DNA of 54,093 nucleotides, taken from NCBI GenBank assembly GCA_947085465.1, contig CAMTWQ010000046.1, forward strand, positions 1-54,093, read 5' to 3'. Below, in pieces: positions 30,483 to 39,650 of the stretch (position 1 is its first letter; each line of letters starts with the position of its first letter). The DNA comes from an uncultured Alphaproteobacteria bacterium. Its GTDB lineage: Bacteria > Pseudomonadota > Alphaproteobacteria > UBA11222. The notes below the pieces were generated by a model. That model ran no database searches, had not been told where the DNA came from, and worked only from the letters and a program-made list of their open reading frames with translations. The translations under genes were made by a program, and so were the position numbers.

Positions 30483-31709
30483 TTAGTTGGCTGCAAGCGT
30501 GTCCTTGATCCCCAGCAGCTTGGCGGCATTGCCGCGCATGACCTGGCGCAATTGCGCGGCGTTCAAACCGTTTAATCCTTCGGCGAATTCAATTGGGTTG
30601 GCGATGCCCTCGGGATGCGGCCAGTCGGAACCGCACAGCACGCGGCCTGGCCCGATGCTGGCGATCAAATCCTGAAGATTGTCCTCGGGGAAGGGGGCGA
30701 CGCTGACATGCTCTTTGAAAATCTGCGCCGGCCGGTCGTGAATCGGGCCAAAGGTGAAATCGCGCTTCTCGCAAAGCCGCACCGTGCCCTCCATTTTTTT
30801 CAGCAGCGGCGCCACCCAGGCGGAGCCGTTTTCAATCGACACCACCTGCAACTTGCGGAAACGGCCAAACAGATTATGCATGATCAGCGCCGCCATCGTC
30901 TCAACCACCGGGCGTTCAGCGAATGTGGCCACCCGTTGAAAGGCCGACATGCGGTGATGCTGCGGGCGCGGATTTTCGCCCCAATGCACCGAGTAAAGCT
31001 GCTCCAGGCCGCCATTGCCCACATGAAAGGCGACGGGTAACCCTGCTTCCTCGCAGCGCGCCCAGAATGCATCGAAATGCGGATCGGCGGGCGAGCGTCC
31101 CATCACCGGCCCCGGCATCAAATGCACGATGCGCGCGCCCTCCTTGATCACCCGCTCCAGTTCCGCCACCGCCATGTCCACATCAACCAGCGACAGCATG
31201 GCTGAACTGAGGATCGTATCCTGGTAATACCAGCCCCAGTCCTCGGCCAGCCATTTGTTAAAGGCGGTGATGTTGGCGAACACGGTTTCAGGCCCGCCAT
31301 CGCGCAGTTCATTTTCAACGCCCACCGCAAGGCTGGGCAGCATAATCGCCGCCTGAACATTCTGTTCGCGCAGCACGCCCATGCGCACATCGCGCACCAT
31401 GCTTTCCGGAAACTCCTGGCAAGGCACGGTTTTACCGCTGATCAGCGCGCCGGGGCCTTCCCGGTTCTGAAAAAACGCCTTTAGCGATCCCGGCATCCCC
31501 GCCGCTTCGCCGGGAGGGGCGCTGAAAAAGCTTAGACGCTTGCCCATAAAATGCACCTGGGCGTATTTGCTTTGCCCGCGCACCACGGTGATCGCCCGGT
31601 CGCGGAATTTCGGCGCCATATGACGGGTGAAACAATCATCCGGCTCATAATAATGCTGATCGGCGTCAATCAGCGGATAGGTGATCTGGGCAATCGTGGG
31701 GTGCGTCAT
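30483..31709 (-). CDS. Amidohydrolase_2 family metal-dependent hydrolase
   Basis: IDADQHYYEP, FH, LFGRF..L.VVSIENG and GSDWPHPEG motifs; start likely ATG 31709. Confidence 0.88.
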   Translation of the reverse strand: MTHPTIAQITYPLIDADQHYYEPDDCFTRHMAPKFRDRAITVVRGQSKYAQVHFMGKRLSFFSAPPGEAAGMPGSLKAFFQNREGPGALISGKTVPCQEFPESMVRDVRMGVLREQNVQAAIMLPSLAVGVENELRDGGPETVFANITAFNKWLAEDWGWYYQDTILSSAMLSLVDVDMAVAELERVIKEGARIVHLMPGPVMGRSPADPHFDAFWARCEEAGLPVAFHVGNGGLEQLYSVHWGENPRPQHHRMSAFQRVATFAERPVVETMAALIMHNLFGRFRKLQVVSIENGSAWVAPLLKKMEGTVRLCEKRDFTFGPIHDRPAQIFKEHVSVAPFPEDNLQDLIASIGPGRVLCGSDWPHPEGIANPIEFAEGLNGLNAAQLRQVMRGNAAKLLGIKDTLAAN

Positions 31710-31781
31710 TTGGGCCAATCCATGATCAGAAATTAGGGAAGCCCCACGATACCCGCCAAAGATGGCGCTGGCAATGCTATC

Positions 31782-31937
31782 CAAAAGAAATAGGGTCAGA
31801 CTCGATTTAATTTCTCAAAAGTAGCAAAAGAAATAGGGTCAGACTCGATTTAACTCTATCATGTGACTGATATAAATAATAAAATTTAAATCGAGTCTGA
31901 CCCTATTTCTTCTATTTCTTTTGACCCTATTTCTTTT
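31782..31937. repeat. Cluster of AAGAAATAGGGTCAGACTCGATTTAA repeats (2 direct, 1 inverted, plus partial copies)
   Basis: 29-bp direct copies at 31782-31810 and 31825-31853; inverted copy at 31886-31911; partial TGACCCTATTTCTTTT at 31922-31937. Confidence 0.9.
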
Positions 31938-34029
31938 ACGATCGCGTTCTGGTGCCCGTGACCGGATCGCGGGGCGGCGGAAGGCGAGGAGCGTCATAAG
32001 ATTGCGCCGGATCGCGGCCACGCATCAAATCCCTGTCCAGGCGGAATGGATCAGCCGTATTGCCCAGCCGCATACGGTACACGCCCACATTCTCCATCAC
32101 CCGCTGCACGTAATTGCGGGTCTCGCCGAATGGGATCTGTTCGACCCAATCCACGACATCGGTGTCCGGCCGCAGCGGATCTCCATATAGTTTTGACCAT
32201 GCGTTGGCCCTGCTGCCGCCGGCATTATAGGCTGCCAAAGCCAGCGCATAGGAGCCGTCAAACCGGCGCAACATTTGCGATAAATAAAATGACCCAAGCC
32301 GGGTATTATATACAGGATTGGTAATTAGAAGGTTTTCCTGATATGAAACTTTAAGAGAGCGGGCAACATCCTTGGCGGTGGCGGGCATCAATTGCATCAG
32401 GCCCCTGGCGCCCGCAGGGCTGATGGCGGCGGTATTGAAGCCGCTTTCCTGGCGCGATACGGCCAGGATCAGGGCGTCTTCCAGTCCGCCGTTCCTGTCC
32501 ACATTTTTGGGTAAATTGATCACCGGATAGCCGGCTTCAAACAGCCACACCCCCTCCCGGCTGGCCAGCTTGGCCGCCAGCATACCCAGTTCTGGACGGT
32601 TGTTTTCCTGGGCCAGCATCGCCGCCAGGCGGTACGATTGCGGGGATTTGGATGTCTCTACCAAGGCCTGAAAAAATTGGCGCGCATTTCTGTCGCGTTT
32701 CATGTGCAGCAATAATTGCGTGGCGCGGACTAGTTCCTGCTGGGAAAACGCCTGGCGTGCGCCCTTGTCCGGTAAAGCAGTGTTATCAAGCATGGCGTGC
32801 GGCAGGGCAATGCCGCCGCGCCGCGCCATCGCCAGTTGGCCATAATAGGTAGCGGGAAAATTTGCGGCGGTGGCGAACCAACGGGCGGCGGTCTGCTTGT
32901 CGCCTTTGGCTTCGGCGGCGCGGCCAGCCCAATACGCGCCGCGCGAGCGCATGGTGGGAAAAGCCACGGCCTCATGCATACGGGTGAAATGCGGCAAGGC
33001 TTGTTCCGGTTTATGCAGGAAGCGCAGGGATATCCACCCTGCCAGCCATTCGGCTTCGGCGAATAAGGCGGTGTCCTCCTTGGCCGTAAACGCATGCGTT
33101 GCAGCCACGCGATAGGCGGTTCCATAATCGCGTTCCGCCAGCGCCATGCGGCTAAGGGCATCTTGATGTTTCCACCAAAGCTCGCCCGCATCCCCATTGG
33201 GAATGCTGAGTTTGGGCAGTTCGCGGGCAAGCTCCAATGCGGACTGTGGTTTGCTATTCTCCAGCCGCCAACGGGTGCGTTCATAGAACAGGCCAGGGTC
33301 ATTGCGGTATGTTCTCGGCACCTTGGAGATGGCGCGCTCAACGTCCGGTGCGTTATAGCGCAACGACAGGCGCGCCCGCCCAAGCAGTTCTAAATCCTTG
33401 TCCACTATCCGGTACATGCGTTGCGCCGCGTCGCGCTGGCCGCGCCACAGCAGGTTCTCAAACCGCGCCTTGTGATCTGCGGGCGACAAATGACGGCGAT
33501 ATTTCTGTAGAATCTCGCGCTCTATCTCAAGTGGAAGTCCGCCATCGCCCCACACCTCACGCAGCAACTTTACGCCAGTTGTGGCGTCATTGGATTGCAG
33601 AAAGGTTTCCGCGGCCATATACCGGCCCCGGATCGAATGCGGGGGATAGCGTTTGAACCAGCTCAGCCGCCGGGCAAGCGAGATCGACGCCTCAAGGCTA
33701 TGCTCGGCCCGAACCTGCATGTCTTTGCGTCCCGGCCATTCCGGGTTGGCGTCAAGAAATACAGCCAGTTCAGAAAAGCTTGGCGCGCTATTTGGCGACA
33801 TCAGGTAAAAATAATTTACCAGTTTTCTGGCAATCGGATCAGGGCTTTGCTTGACTAATTTGCTGGCGAATTGCAAATGGCCGCGCTCAGCGGCGGCGAT
33901 GGCGTCAGCCACCAGTTGCGCATGTGCGTTGGGCCGGACCGCCGCCGCTGCTGGGGCGCTAATAGATATTAATGCAGCGAACAGAAAAATGAATGCGCGG
34001 CGCATGTCAGATGATCGATCGATTCTCAT
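31936..34029 (-). CDS. slt: Soluble lytic murein transglycosylase (Slt70-like)
   Basis: RQES, GLMQLMP, AYNAG and ETRNYVQRV motifs; signal peptide; start may be a few codons downstream. Confidence 0.92.
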   Translation of the reverse strand: MRIDRSSDMRRAFIFLFAALISISAPAAAAVRPNAHAQLVADAIAAAERGHLQFASKLVKQSPDPIARKLVNYFYLMSPNSAPSFSELAVFLDANPEWPGRKDMQVRAEHSLEASISLARRLSWFKRYPPHSIRGRYMAAETFLQSNDATTGVKLLREVWGDGGLPLEIEREILQKYRRHLSPADHKARFENLLWRGQRDAAQRMYRIVDKDLELLGRARLSLRYNAPDVERAISKVPRTYRNDPGLFYERTRWRLENSKPQSALELARELPKLSIPNGDAGELWWKHQDALSRMALAERDYGTAYRVAATHAFTAKEDTALFAEAEWLAGWISLRFLHKPEQALPHFTRMHEAVAFPTMRSRGAYWAGRAAEAKGDKQTAARWFATAANFPATYYGQLAMARRGGIALPHAMLDNTALPDKGARQAFSQQELVRATQLLLHMKRDRNARQFFQALVETSKSPQSYRLAAMLAQENNRPELGMLAAKLASREGVWLFEAGYPVINLPKNVDRNGGLEDALILAVSRQESGFNTAAISPAGARGLMQLMPATAKDVARSLKVSYQENLLITNPVYNTRLGSFYLSQMLRRFDGSYALALAAYNAGGSRANAWSKLYGDPLRPDTDVVDWVEQIPFGETRNYVQRVMENVGVYRMRLGNTADPFRLDRDLMRGRDPAQSYDAPRLPPPRDPVTGTRTRS

Positions 34030-34175
34030 GAGTTGGGGAGCATACCGGGAATAGCCTCCTATACCAAGCTTCCCTAAATCGGATGAATTTTGTGTTACCC
34101 TTATGCCCGCTTGCGGCTTTGGCTAACTGTGTTAATTTCCACCTGTCTCCTAACCTTCATACGCAGGCGTTTCCC

Positions 34176-35081
34176 ATGCCGTCTTTTAAGCCAATGTTTT
34201 TTGGATCCATTCCCGCGCTGATTACGCCGTTCCAAAGCGGTAAAGTGGATGAAAAGGCGTTTCAGTCGCTCGTTGAGTGGCAGATCGCCCAGGGTTCGCA
34301 TGGCCTGGTCCCATGTGGCACCACCGGCGAATCTCCCACTCTTGATCACGCCGAACATAAGCGCGTTGTGGAATTGTGCATTGAGGCGGCGGCCGGCCGG
34401 GTGCCGGTGATCGCGGGAACCGGGTCTAATTCAACCGCCGAGGCGATCGATCTGACCATTCACGCCAAACGGGCAGGGGCGGCAGGCGCTTTGGTAGTCG
34501 TGCCCTATTACAATAAGCCAACCCAGGAAGGCATGTACCGGCATTTCAAGGCGCTGAACGATGCGGTGGAGATACCAATCCTGATTTACAACATACCCGG
34601 GCGCACCGGGGTTAACATGACGGTTGAGACCATGGCGCGGCTGGCCAGGCTGCCGAATATTGCAGGCGTCAAGGACGCCGCCAATGATATAGCGCGGACA
34701 AGCCAGCAACGCGTCGTTATCGGAGCGGATTTTATCCAGCTTTGTGGCGACGACGGAATTGCTCTGGGCCAGGCCGCGCATGGCGGGCATGGCTGCATAT
34801 CGGTAACCGCCAATGTCGCGCCTGCGGAATGCGCCGCGTTTCAGAACGCGCTGCTGGCGGGTGACTTTGTAAGCGCCTTGCAATGGCAAGATAAATTGAC
34901 GCCACTGCATGACGCGCTGTTTGTGGAAACCAGCCCGGGACCGGTGAAATACGCCGCCAGCCTGCGCGGCCTGTGCAGCAGCGAATTGCGGCTGCCGATG
35001 GCGCCGGTGGCGACCTCGACCGAAATGGCCGTGCGCGCCGCGCTCGACGGGCTTGGCCTGCTCAACCGCCCGGCCCTATGA
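34176..35081 (+). CDS. dapA: 4-hydroxy-tetrahydrodipicolinate synthase
   Basis: GTTGES, PYYNKP, YNIPGRT and GVKDA motifs; start 34176 or 34194. Confidence 0.96.
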   Translation: MPSFKPMFFGSIPALITPFQSGKVDEKAFQSLVEWQIAQGSHGLVPCGTTGESPTLDHAEHKRVVELCIEAAAGRVPVIAGTGSNSTAEAIDLTIHAKRAGAAGALVVVPYYNKPTQEGMYRHFKALNDAVEIPILIYNIPGRTGVNMTVETMARLARLPNIAGVKDAANDIARTSQQRVVIGADFIQLCGDDGIALGQAAHGGHGCISVTANVAPAECAAFQNALLAGDFVSALQWQDKLTPLHDALFVETSPGPVKYAASLRGLCSSELRLPMAPVATSTEMAVRAALDGLGLLNRPAL

Positions 35082-35094
35082 GCTGGTTGCGCTG

Positions 35095-35589
35095 ATGACG
35101 GGTAAAAACAAGGGCGCAAAAAAACCGGCCGGGGGCGGACGGCTGCTCGCTGACAATCGCAAGGCGCGCTACAATTATGAAATCGGTGAGACGCTTGAGG
35201 CGGGCATCATGCTGACCGGCTCCGAGGTCAAATCCCTGCGCGCCGGACGTTCCAATATCGCTGAATCCTACGCCAGCGATGAGGGCGGCGAGCTATGGCT
35301 GATCAATTCCTATATCCCGCCCTATGGTAATGCGGGCAGCTTCAATAATCATGACCCGCGCCGCAAGCGCAAGCTGCTCTTGCACCGCCGCCAGATTGGG
35401 CGGCTCTCGGGCCTGCGCAAGCAGGGCGGCATGACCCTGATCCCGCTGCGGCTGTATTTCAATGATCGCGGCATGGCGAAATTGGCGCTCGCCCTGGCCA
35501 GTGGCAAAAAACAGCACGACAAGCGCCAAACTGAAAAAGCCAGGGATTGGAGCCGCGAAAAAGGCCGCCTGATGCGCGAGAAGGGTTAA
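35095..35589 (+). CDS. smpB: SsrA-binding protein
   Basis: [22 protein letters not shown] and GKK.HDKR motifs. Confidence 0.97.
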   Translation: MTGKNKGAKKPAGGGRLLADNRKARYNYEIGETLEAGIMLTGSEVKSLRAGRSNIAESYASDEGGELWLINSYIPPYGNAGSFNNHDPRRKRKLLLHRRQIGRLSGLRKQGGMTLIPLRLYFNDRGMAKLALALASGKKQHDKRQTEKARDWSREKGRLMREKG

Positions 35590-35623
35590 ACTGATCGATC
35601 AATTAACATAACCGGCAGGAGGA

Positions 35624-36460
35624 ATGAGCATGAAAGACGTAAAAGGCAAGGTTGCATTTATTACCGGCGGCGCCAGCGGCATCGGGCTTGGCATGGCGCG
35701 GGCGTTTTCCGCCGCCGGCATGAAGGTGATGATCGGGGATATCGAACAGGCGCCGATGCAGCGCGCAGTTGATGAGCTAAAGGCCAAGGGCGCCGAGGCG
35801 GCCTGTGTCAAGCTTGACGTGTCCAGCCGCGATGAGATGTTCGCCGCCGCCAGGGCCACCATCGACGCTTTCGGCAAGGTGCATGTGATCTGCAACAATG
35901 CCGGCGTGCTGGTCGACGGGCGCTCGGAAAAGGTTGACATGAAGCAATGGGAATGGCTGGTCAATGTCAACCTGTGGGGCGTGGTCAACGGGATGCAGGC
36001 GTTTATCCCTCTGATCAACTCGCACGGCGAAGGCGGTCATGTGGTGAACACCGCCTCGATGGCCGGCATGGTCAGCTTCAAGGGGTCGGGGCCGTATAAC
36101 GCCACCAAATTCGCCGTGGTCGCCTTGAGCGAAGCTTTGATGCATGAGCACGCCAAGGACAATCTTGGCGTCTCGGTGCTGTGCCCGGGCGCGGTGAACA
36201 CCAAAATCGCCATCTCCGGCCGCAACCGCCCGACGGAGTATGGCGGTGAAGACCCAACGGAAAACAAGTCCATGGCAAGCTTGCTGCCAACCGCCCTCGA
36301 CCCCGACATTGTCGGGCGCCAGGTGCTGGAGGCGATCCGCGACAACCAGCCCTATATCTTCACCGATCCCAGCCTGCGCCGTCATATTGCCGAGCGCACC
36401 AGCCGCATCATGGCGGGCTATGACTGGGCTGATCAGTGTCAGGCGCTAAAGAAAAAGTAA
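35624..36460 (+). CDS. SDR family oxidoreductase
   Basis: TGGASGIG, NNAG and YNATK motifs; GGAGG RBS. Confidence 0.92.
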   Translation: MSMKDVKGKVAFITGGASGIGLGMARAFSAAGMKVMIGDIEQAPMQRAVDELKAKGAEAACVKLDVSSRDEMFAAARATIDAFGKVHVICNNAGVLVDGRSEKVDMKQWEWLVNVNLWGVVNGMQAFIPLINSHGEGGHVVNTASMAGMVSFKGSGPYNATKFAVVALSEALMHEHAKDNLGVSVLCPGAVNTKIAISGRNRPTEYGGEDPTENKSMASLLPTALDPDIVGRQVLEAIRDNQPYIFTDPSLRRHIAERTSRIMAGYDWADQCQALKKK

Positions 36461-36534
36461 CGTATGAGGTTTGCTACAGCGTGGGCAGCGGCGGGATTTC
36501 AATAACGGCCGCGCGTTTAGCCAGCTTACCAGCT

Positions 36535-36704
36535 CTAGAGCATTTTCAGCCTTTACGGAGTCACTTGACTCCGCAAAGGCGCCCGAAAATGCGGTTAAAA
36601 AAAAGCCAGAGCGTTTTGAAATGCGCTGAAAATGCCCTGGTTTTTACATCTGGCCGCGTTTTTGACCGGAAAACCCGGTCCGGGTTTTCCTAAAAACGCT
36701 CTAG
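36535..36704. repeat. Palindromic element 'G'
   Basis: CTAG-bounded; reverse complement of 18023-~18191 with scattered mismatches. Confidence 0.9.
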
Positions 36705-36979
36705 GGCGTGTCCTTAATTACTGTCATACCGGAAGCTGATTTTCCCGAAATCTCTCGCCACGGCGTAGCCGGGTTGATTTCGTTGGAAAATCGAGCTGTC
36801 CGGTATCCATGAGCTTGCCCTCGGGCCGGCAAAGCCGGTCCCGGGGGGCCGCGAGTAAGGACTTTGCCTTGGGACTCCTGGATTCCGGATCGTAAGGCTC
36901 GCGCCCAGAAAATCTGCGGTTTTCCGGGCTCGCCTAACGTCCGGAATGACACTGTAGCTTCATTGAGGACACGCTCTAG
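36701..36979. repeat. Multi-layer nested palindromic element 'H'
   Basis: Outer TIR TAGGGCGTGTCCTTAAT/ATTGAGGACACGCTCTA; inner TGTCATACCGGA/TCCGGAATGACA; further hairpins inside. Confidence 0.85.
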
Positions 36980-37131
36980 AGCAAGATGATTTTAGGTTGA
37001 ATCACGCCACCGACCCCCTCCCCCTCCCCCTTTTAGGGGGAGGGGGAGGGGCACCCTCGTGTTCCCTCCCCTTGCAAAGGGGAGGGTTAGGGAGGGGATC
37101 AATGGGCAAACCTAAAATCATACCGCTCTAA
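36976..37131. repeat. Element 'A', inverted copy
   Basis: Reverse complement of 50030-50189 with a short internal deletion; overlaps the 3' end of udg. Confidence 0.9.
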
Positions 37132-37759
37132 GGTGATTTCTGATCTCCAGAAATACTTGGTTAAACATTTCCGGAGTCAGGCGGCGGGTGTTGGTGTTGT
37201 AGCGCGAGCAATGATAGCTGTCATACAGGCTCAGACCAGACCTCAATTCAAAGTGTGCGCCGTGGGCGAATTTCACCGATGAAAGGCGTAATCCAGCCGC
37301 TTTCACTACACTATCATGGGCGATTTTACCTAATGCGAGGATTGCCCGCAGATGCGGTAATGTCTCAATTCTAGCCTGTAAGAAGCTGCGGCAATTAGCT
37401 ATTTCCGTCCCCATGGGCTTGTTTTCCGGCGGCAGGCAGCGCACCGCGTTGGTGATCATGCAACCGTGTAAACTCAGGCCATCCCCTGGATCGGCGTTAT
37501 ACGCGCCCTGTGTGAATCCGTGCGCGGCGAGGGTGGCGTAAAGCAATAATCCGGCATGATCCCCGGTAAACGGCCGCCCGGTGCGGTTGGCGCCATGCAT
37601 TCCAGGCGCCAGACCGACAATCAGCAGACGCGCCTGAGGATCGCCGAAAGACGGAACCGGGGCGTTAAACCAATCGGGCCAGGCCTCGTGGTTGGCGCGG
37701 CGAAGATCCGCAAGGCGGGGGCATAGTTCGCATTCAGGACCGGGTTCTGATGGCTTCAC
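37118..37759 (-). CDS. Uracil-DNA glycosylase, family 5 (UdgB-like, Fe-S)
   Basis: C..CPRL, GLAPG.HGANRTGRPFTGD, NAVRC.PP.NKP and YHCSRYNTNT motifs. Confidence 0.92.
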   Translation of the reverse strand: MKPSEPGPECELCPRLADLRRANHEAWPDWFNAPVPSFGDPQARLLIVGLAPGMHGANRTGRPFTGDHAGLLLYATLAAHGFTQGAYNADPGDGLSLHGCMITNAVRCLPPENKPMGTEIANCRSFLQARIETLPHLRAILALGKIAHDSVVKAAGLRLSSVKFAHGAHFELRSGLSLYDSYHCSRYNTNTRRLTPEMFNQVFLEIRNHLRAV

Positions 37760-37777
37760 GCGGATAACTAGCCCGTG

Positions 37778-38494
37778 TCAGCTCTGTTCCCCGTCATCAT
37801 ATTCGTCATCCGTGTCGCCTTCCTCATCCCATTCCGCATCATCGTCGTTCTCCTCGGCGCCGCCCTCGGCGCTTGAGAACGCCGCCGCCGGTTCCAGCCG
37901 CCTGGTTATGGAAGGCTGATGGGCGGCGCCGGAGAAATCATCATGGCGGCGGGCTGGGCGCTGACCAGAATCGCGCGAGATGACCGGGGCAAGGTCCATC
38001 AATTCGATAAAGCGGTCGCATTGACGGCGCAGTTCGTCGGCAACCATGGGCGGATTGGATTTAACCGTCGACACCACCGTCACCCTGAGCCCCTTGCGTT
38101 GTACGGCTTCGACCAGGCGGCGGAAGTCTCCATCGCCAGAGAATAAGATTACATGGTCAAGATGTTCGGCCATCTCCATGACGTCAATGGCCAGCTCGAT
38201 ATCCATATTGCCCTTGATCTTCTTGCGGCCAAAGGCGTCGGTAAACTCCTTGGTCGGTTTGGTGACCATGGTAAAGCCATTGTAATCAAGCCAGTCGACC
38301 AACGGCCGGATCGGGGAATATTCCTGATCTTCGATGAGCGCGGTATAATAAAACGCCCGGACAAGCACGCCATTTTCTGAAAAAACCTCCAGTAACCGTT
38401 TATAATCAATATCAAAATTCAATGCTCGCGCTGCGGCGTAAAGATTAGACCCATCAATAAAAAGCGCGCTTCGCTCAGTTGCGTAAAATTTCAT
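37778..38494 (-). CDS. NYN-domain (LabA/DUF88) protein with acidic tail
   Basis: FIDGSNLY, KGNMDIELAID and LFSGDGDF motifs. Confidence 0.93.
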   Translation of the reverse strand: MKFYATERSALFIDGSNLYAAARALNFDIDYKRLLEVFSENGVLVRAFYYTALIEDQEYSPIRPLVDWLDYNGFTMVTKPTKEFTDAFGRKKIKGNMDIELAIDVMEMAEHLDHVILFSGDGDFRRLVEAVQRKGLRVTVVSTVKSNPPMVADELRRQCDRFIELMDLAPVISRDSGQRPARRHDDFSGAAHQPSITRRLEPAAAFSSAEGGAEENDDDAEWDEEGDTDDEYDDGEQS

Positions 38495-38628
38495 AAACCA
38501 ACCCTTTCGTTATTATTCCGCTCGATTTGCACGGTAGTGTCCCGCGAACGAGGCGTATTTGATTGGTTACTTATATATACGCTTGCGTGTTAAGAGAATA
38601 GATGTTTAGGGCTGCTTTGGGGCAGGTC

Positions 38629-39114
38629 ATGATATTTTTAGGCTTGGGTGGAAACCTGCCGAGCCGGTTCGGGCCGCCCCGGGCGACGCTCGAACAAGCC
38701 ATCATCGTGTTGGACGGGCAGGGCGTTCAAACGCGGTTGCGTTCACCCTGGTATGGTTCGCGGGCAGTGCCTGCATCGGATCAGCCAGATTTTGTAAACG
38801 CCGTCATCGCAGTGGAAACGGCTTTGGAACCGGCGGCGCTGCTTCAGGTTATACATGCTGCAGAGCTGCAATTCGGACGCCGGCGGGGGGCGCCGAACGC
38901 CGCCAGGATACTCGATATTGATTTACTTGCGTATGGCGACCGGCTTATCGGGGAACCGGGCCTGGCCGTGCCGCACCCGCGCCTGCATGAACGGGCCTTT
39001 GTGCTAGGCCCGCTCTGTGACATTGCTCCAGACTGGCTGCACCCGGTGTTTGGGCGCACGGCGCGCCAGCTTTACCATTCATTAGGCCAGGATGCGGCAA
39101 TTTGGCGGTTATAG
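38629..39114 (+). CDS. folK: 2-amino-4-hydroxy-6-hydroxymethyldihydropteridine diphosphokinase
   Basis: [22 protein letters not shown] and [12 protein letters not shown] motifs. Confidence 0.95.
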   Translation: MIFLGLGGNLPSRFGPPRATLEQAIIVLDGQGVQTRLRSPWYGSRAVPASDQPDFVNAVIAVETALEPAALLQVIHAAELQFGRRRGAPNAARILDIDLLAYGDRLIGEPGLAVPHPRLHERAFVLGPLCDIAPDWLHPVFGRTARQLYHSLGQDAAIWRL

Positions 39115-39209
39115 GCGGTGCAAGCGGCGTCTTCTGTTGCAATGCACTAACTGAAGGACTAAATAAGGGTAATGTTTCCCGGATATTTACTGGTTTTGGA
39201 GGCCGTTGC

Positions 39210-39581
39210 ATGGCGCGCGTGACCATTGAAGATTGTGTTGACAAGGTTCCCAACCGTTTTGAGCTGGTGCTGTTGGCGGCGCAGCGCGCGCGCGCCATCT
39301 ACAGCGGCGCCCCTATAACGGTGGACCGGGACAATGACAAGAACCCGGTCGTGTCTTTGCGCGAAATTGCCGAGCAGGGCGTGCTTCCTGCGGGGCTTCG
39401 CGAGGACGTGATCACCAGCCTGCAGCGCTATAGCGACTCCGAAGAAGATGAGCCTGGCAGTGTGCTGCTCCTCGCCGGGGCCAAGGAAGATGAAGCGGTT
39501 GACGACATGACCGAAGAAGATCTGCTTCGCGCCCTGCGGGGTGAGGCTGATGAGGGCAACTCAGCTTCCGGCGGCAGGTAA
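39210..39581 (+). CDS. rpoZ: RNA polymerase omega subunit
   Basis: [31 protein letters not shown]; GGAGG RBS. Confidence 0.97.
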   Translation: MARVTIEDCVDKVPNRFELVLLAAQRARAIYSGAPITVDRDNDKNPVVSLREIAEQGVLPAGLREDVITSLQRYSDSEEDEPGSVLLLAGAKEDEAVDDMTEEDLLRALRGEADEGNSASGGR

Positions 39582-39650
39582 AGCGCGATCCTGCCCGTCC
39601 AGCCTTTTCCGCCTGGGCAGCCCGCAAGTTGTTAGCGTGAGGGCAGTGAA

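Noticed and set aside
31782-31853. 29-bp direct repeats as a mini-CRISPR
   Set aside because: Only two direct copies with a 14-bp spacer, and the third copy is inverted
36436-36952. ORFs 36436-36693 (+) and 36701-36952 (-); likewise 26187-26375 and 43542-43790
   Set aside because: They are translations of palindromic repeats, with no protein motifs or clear RBS
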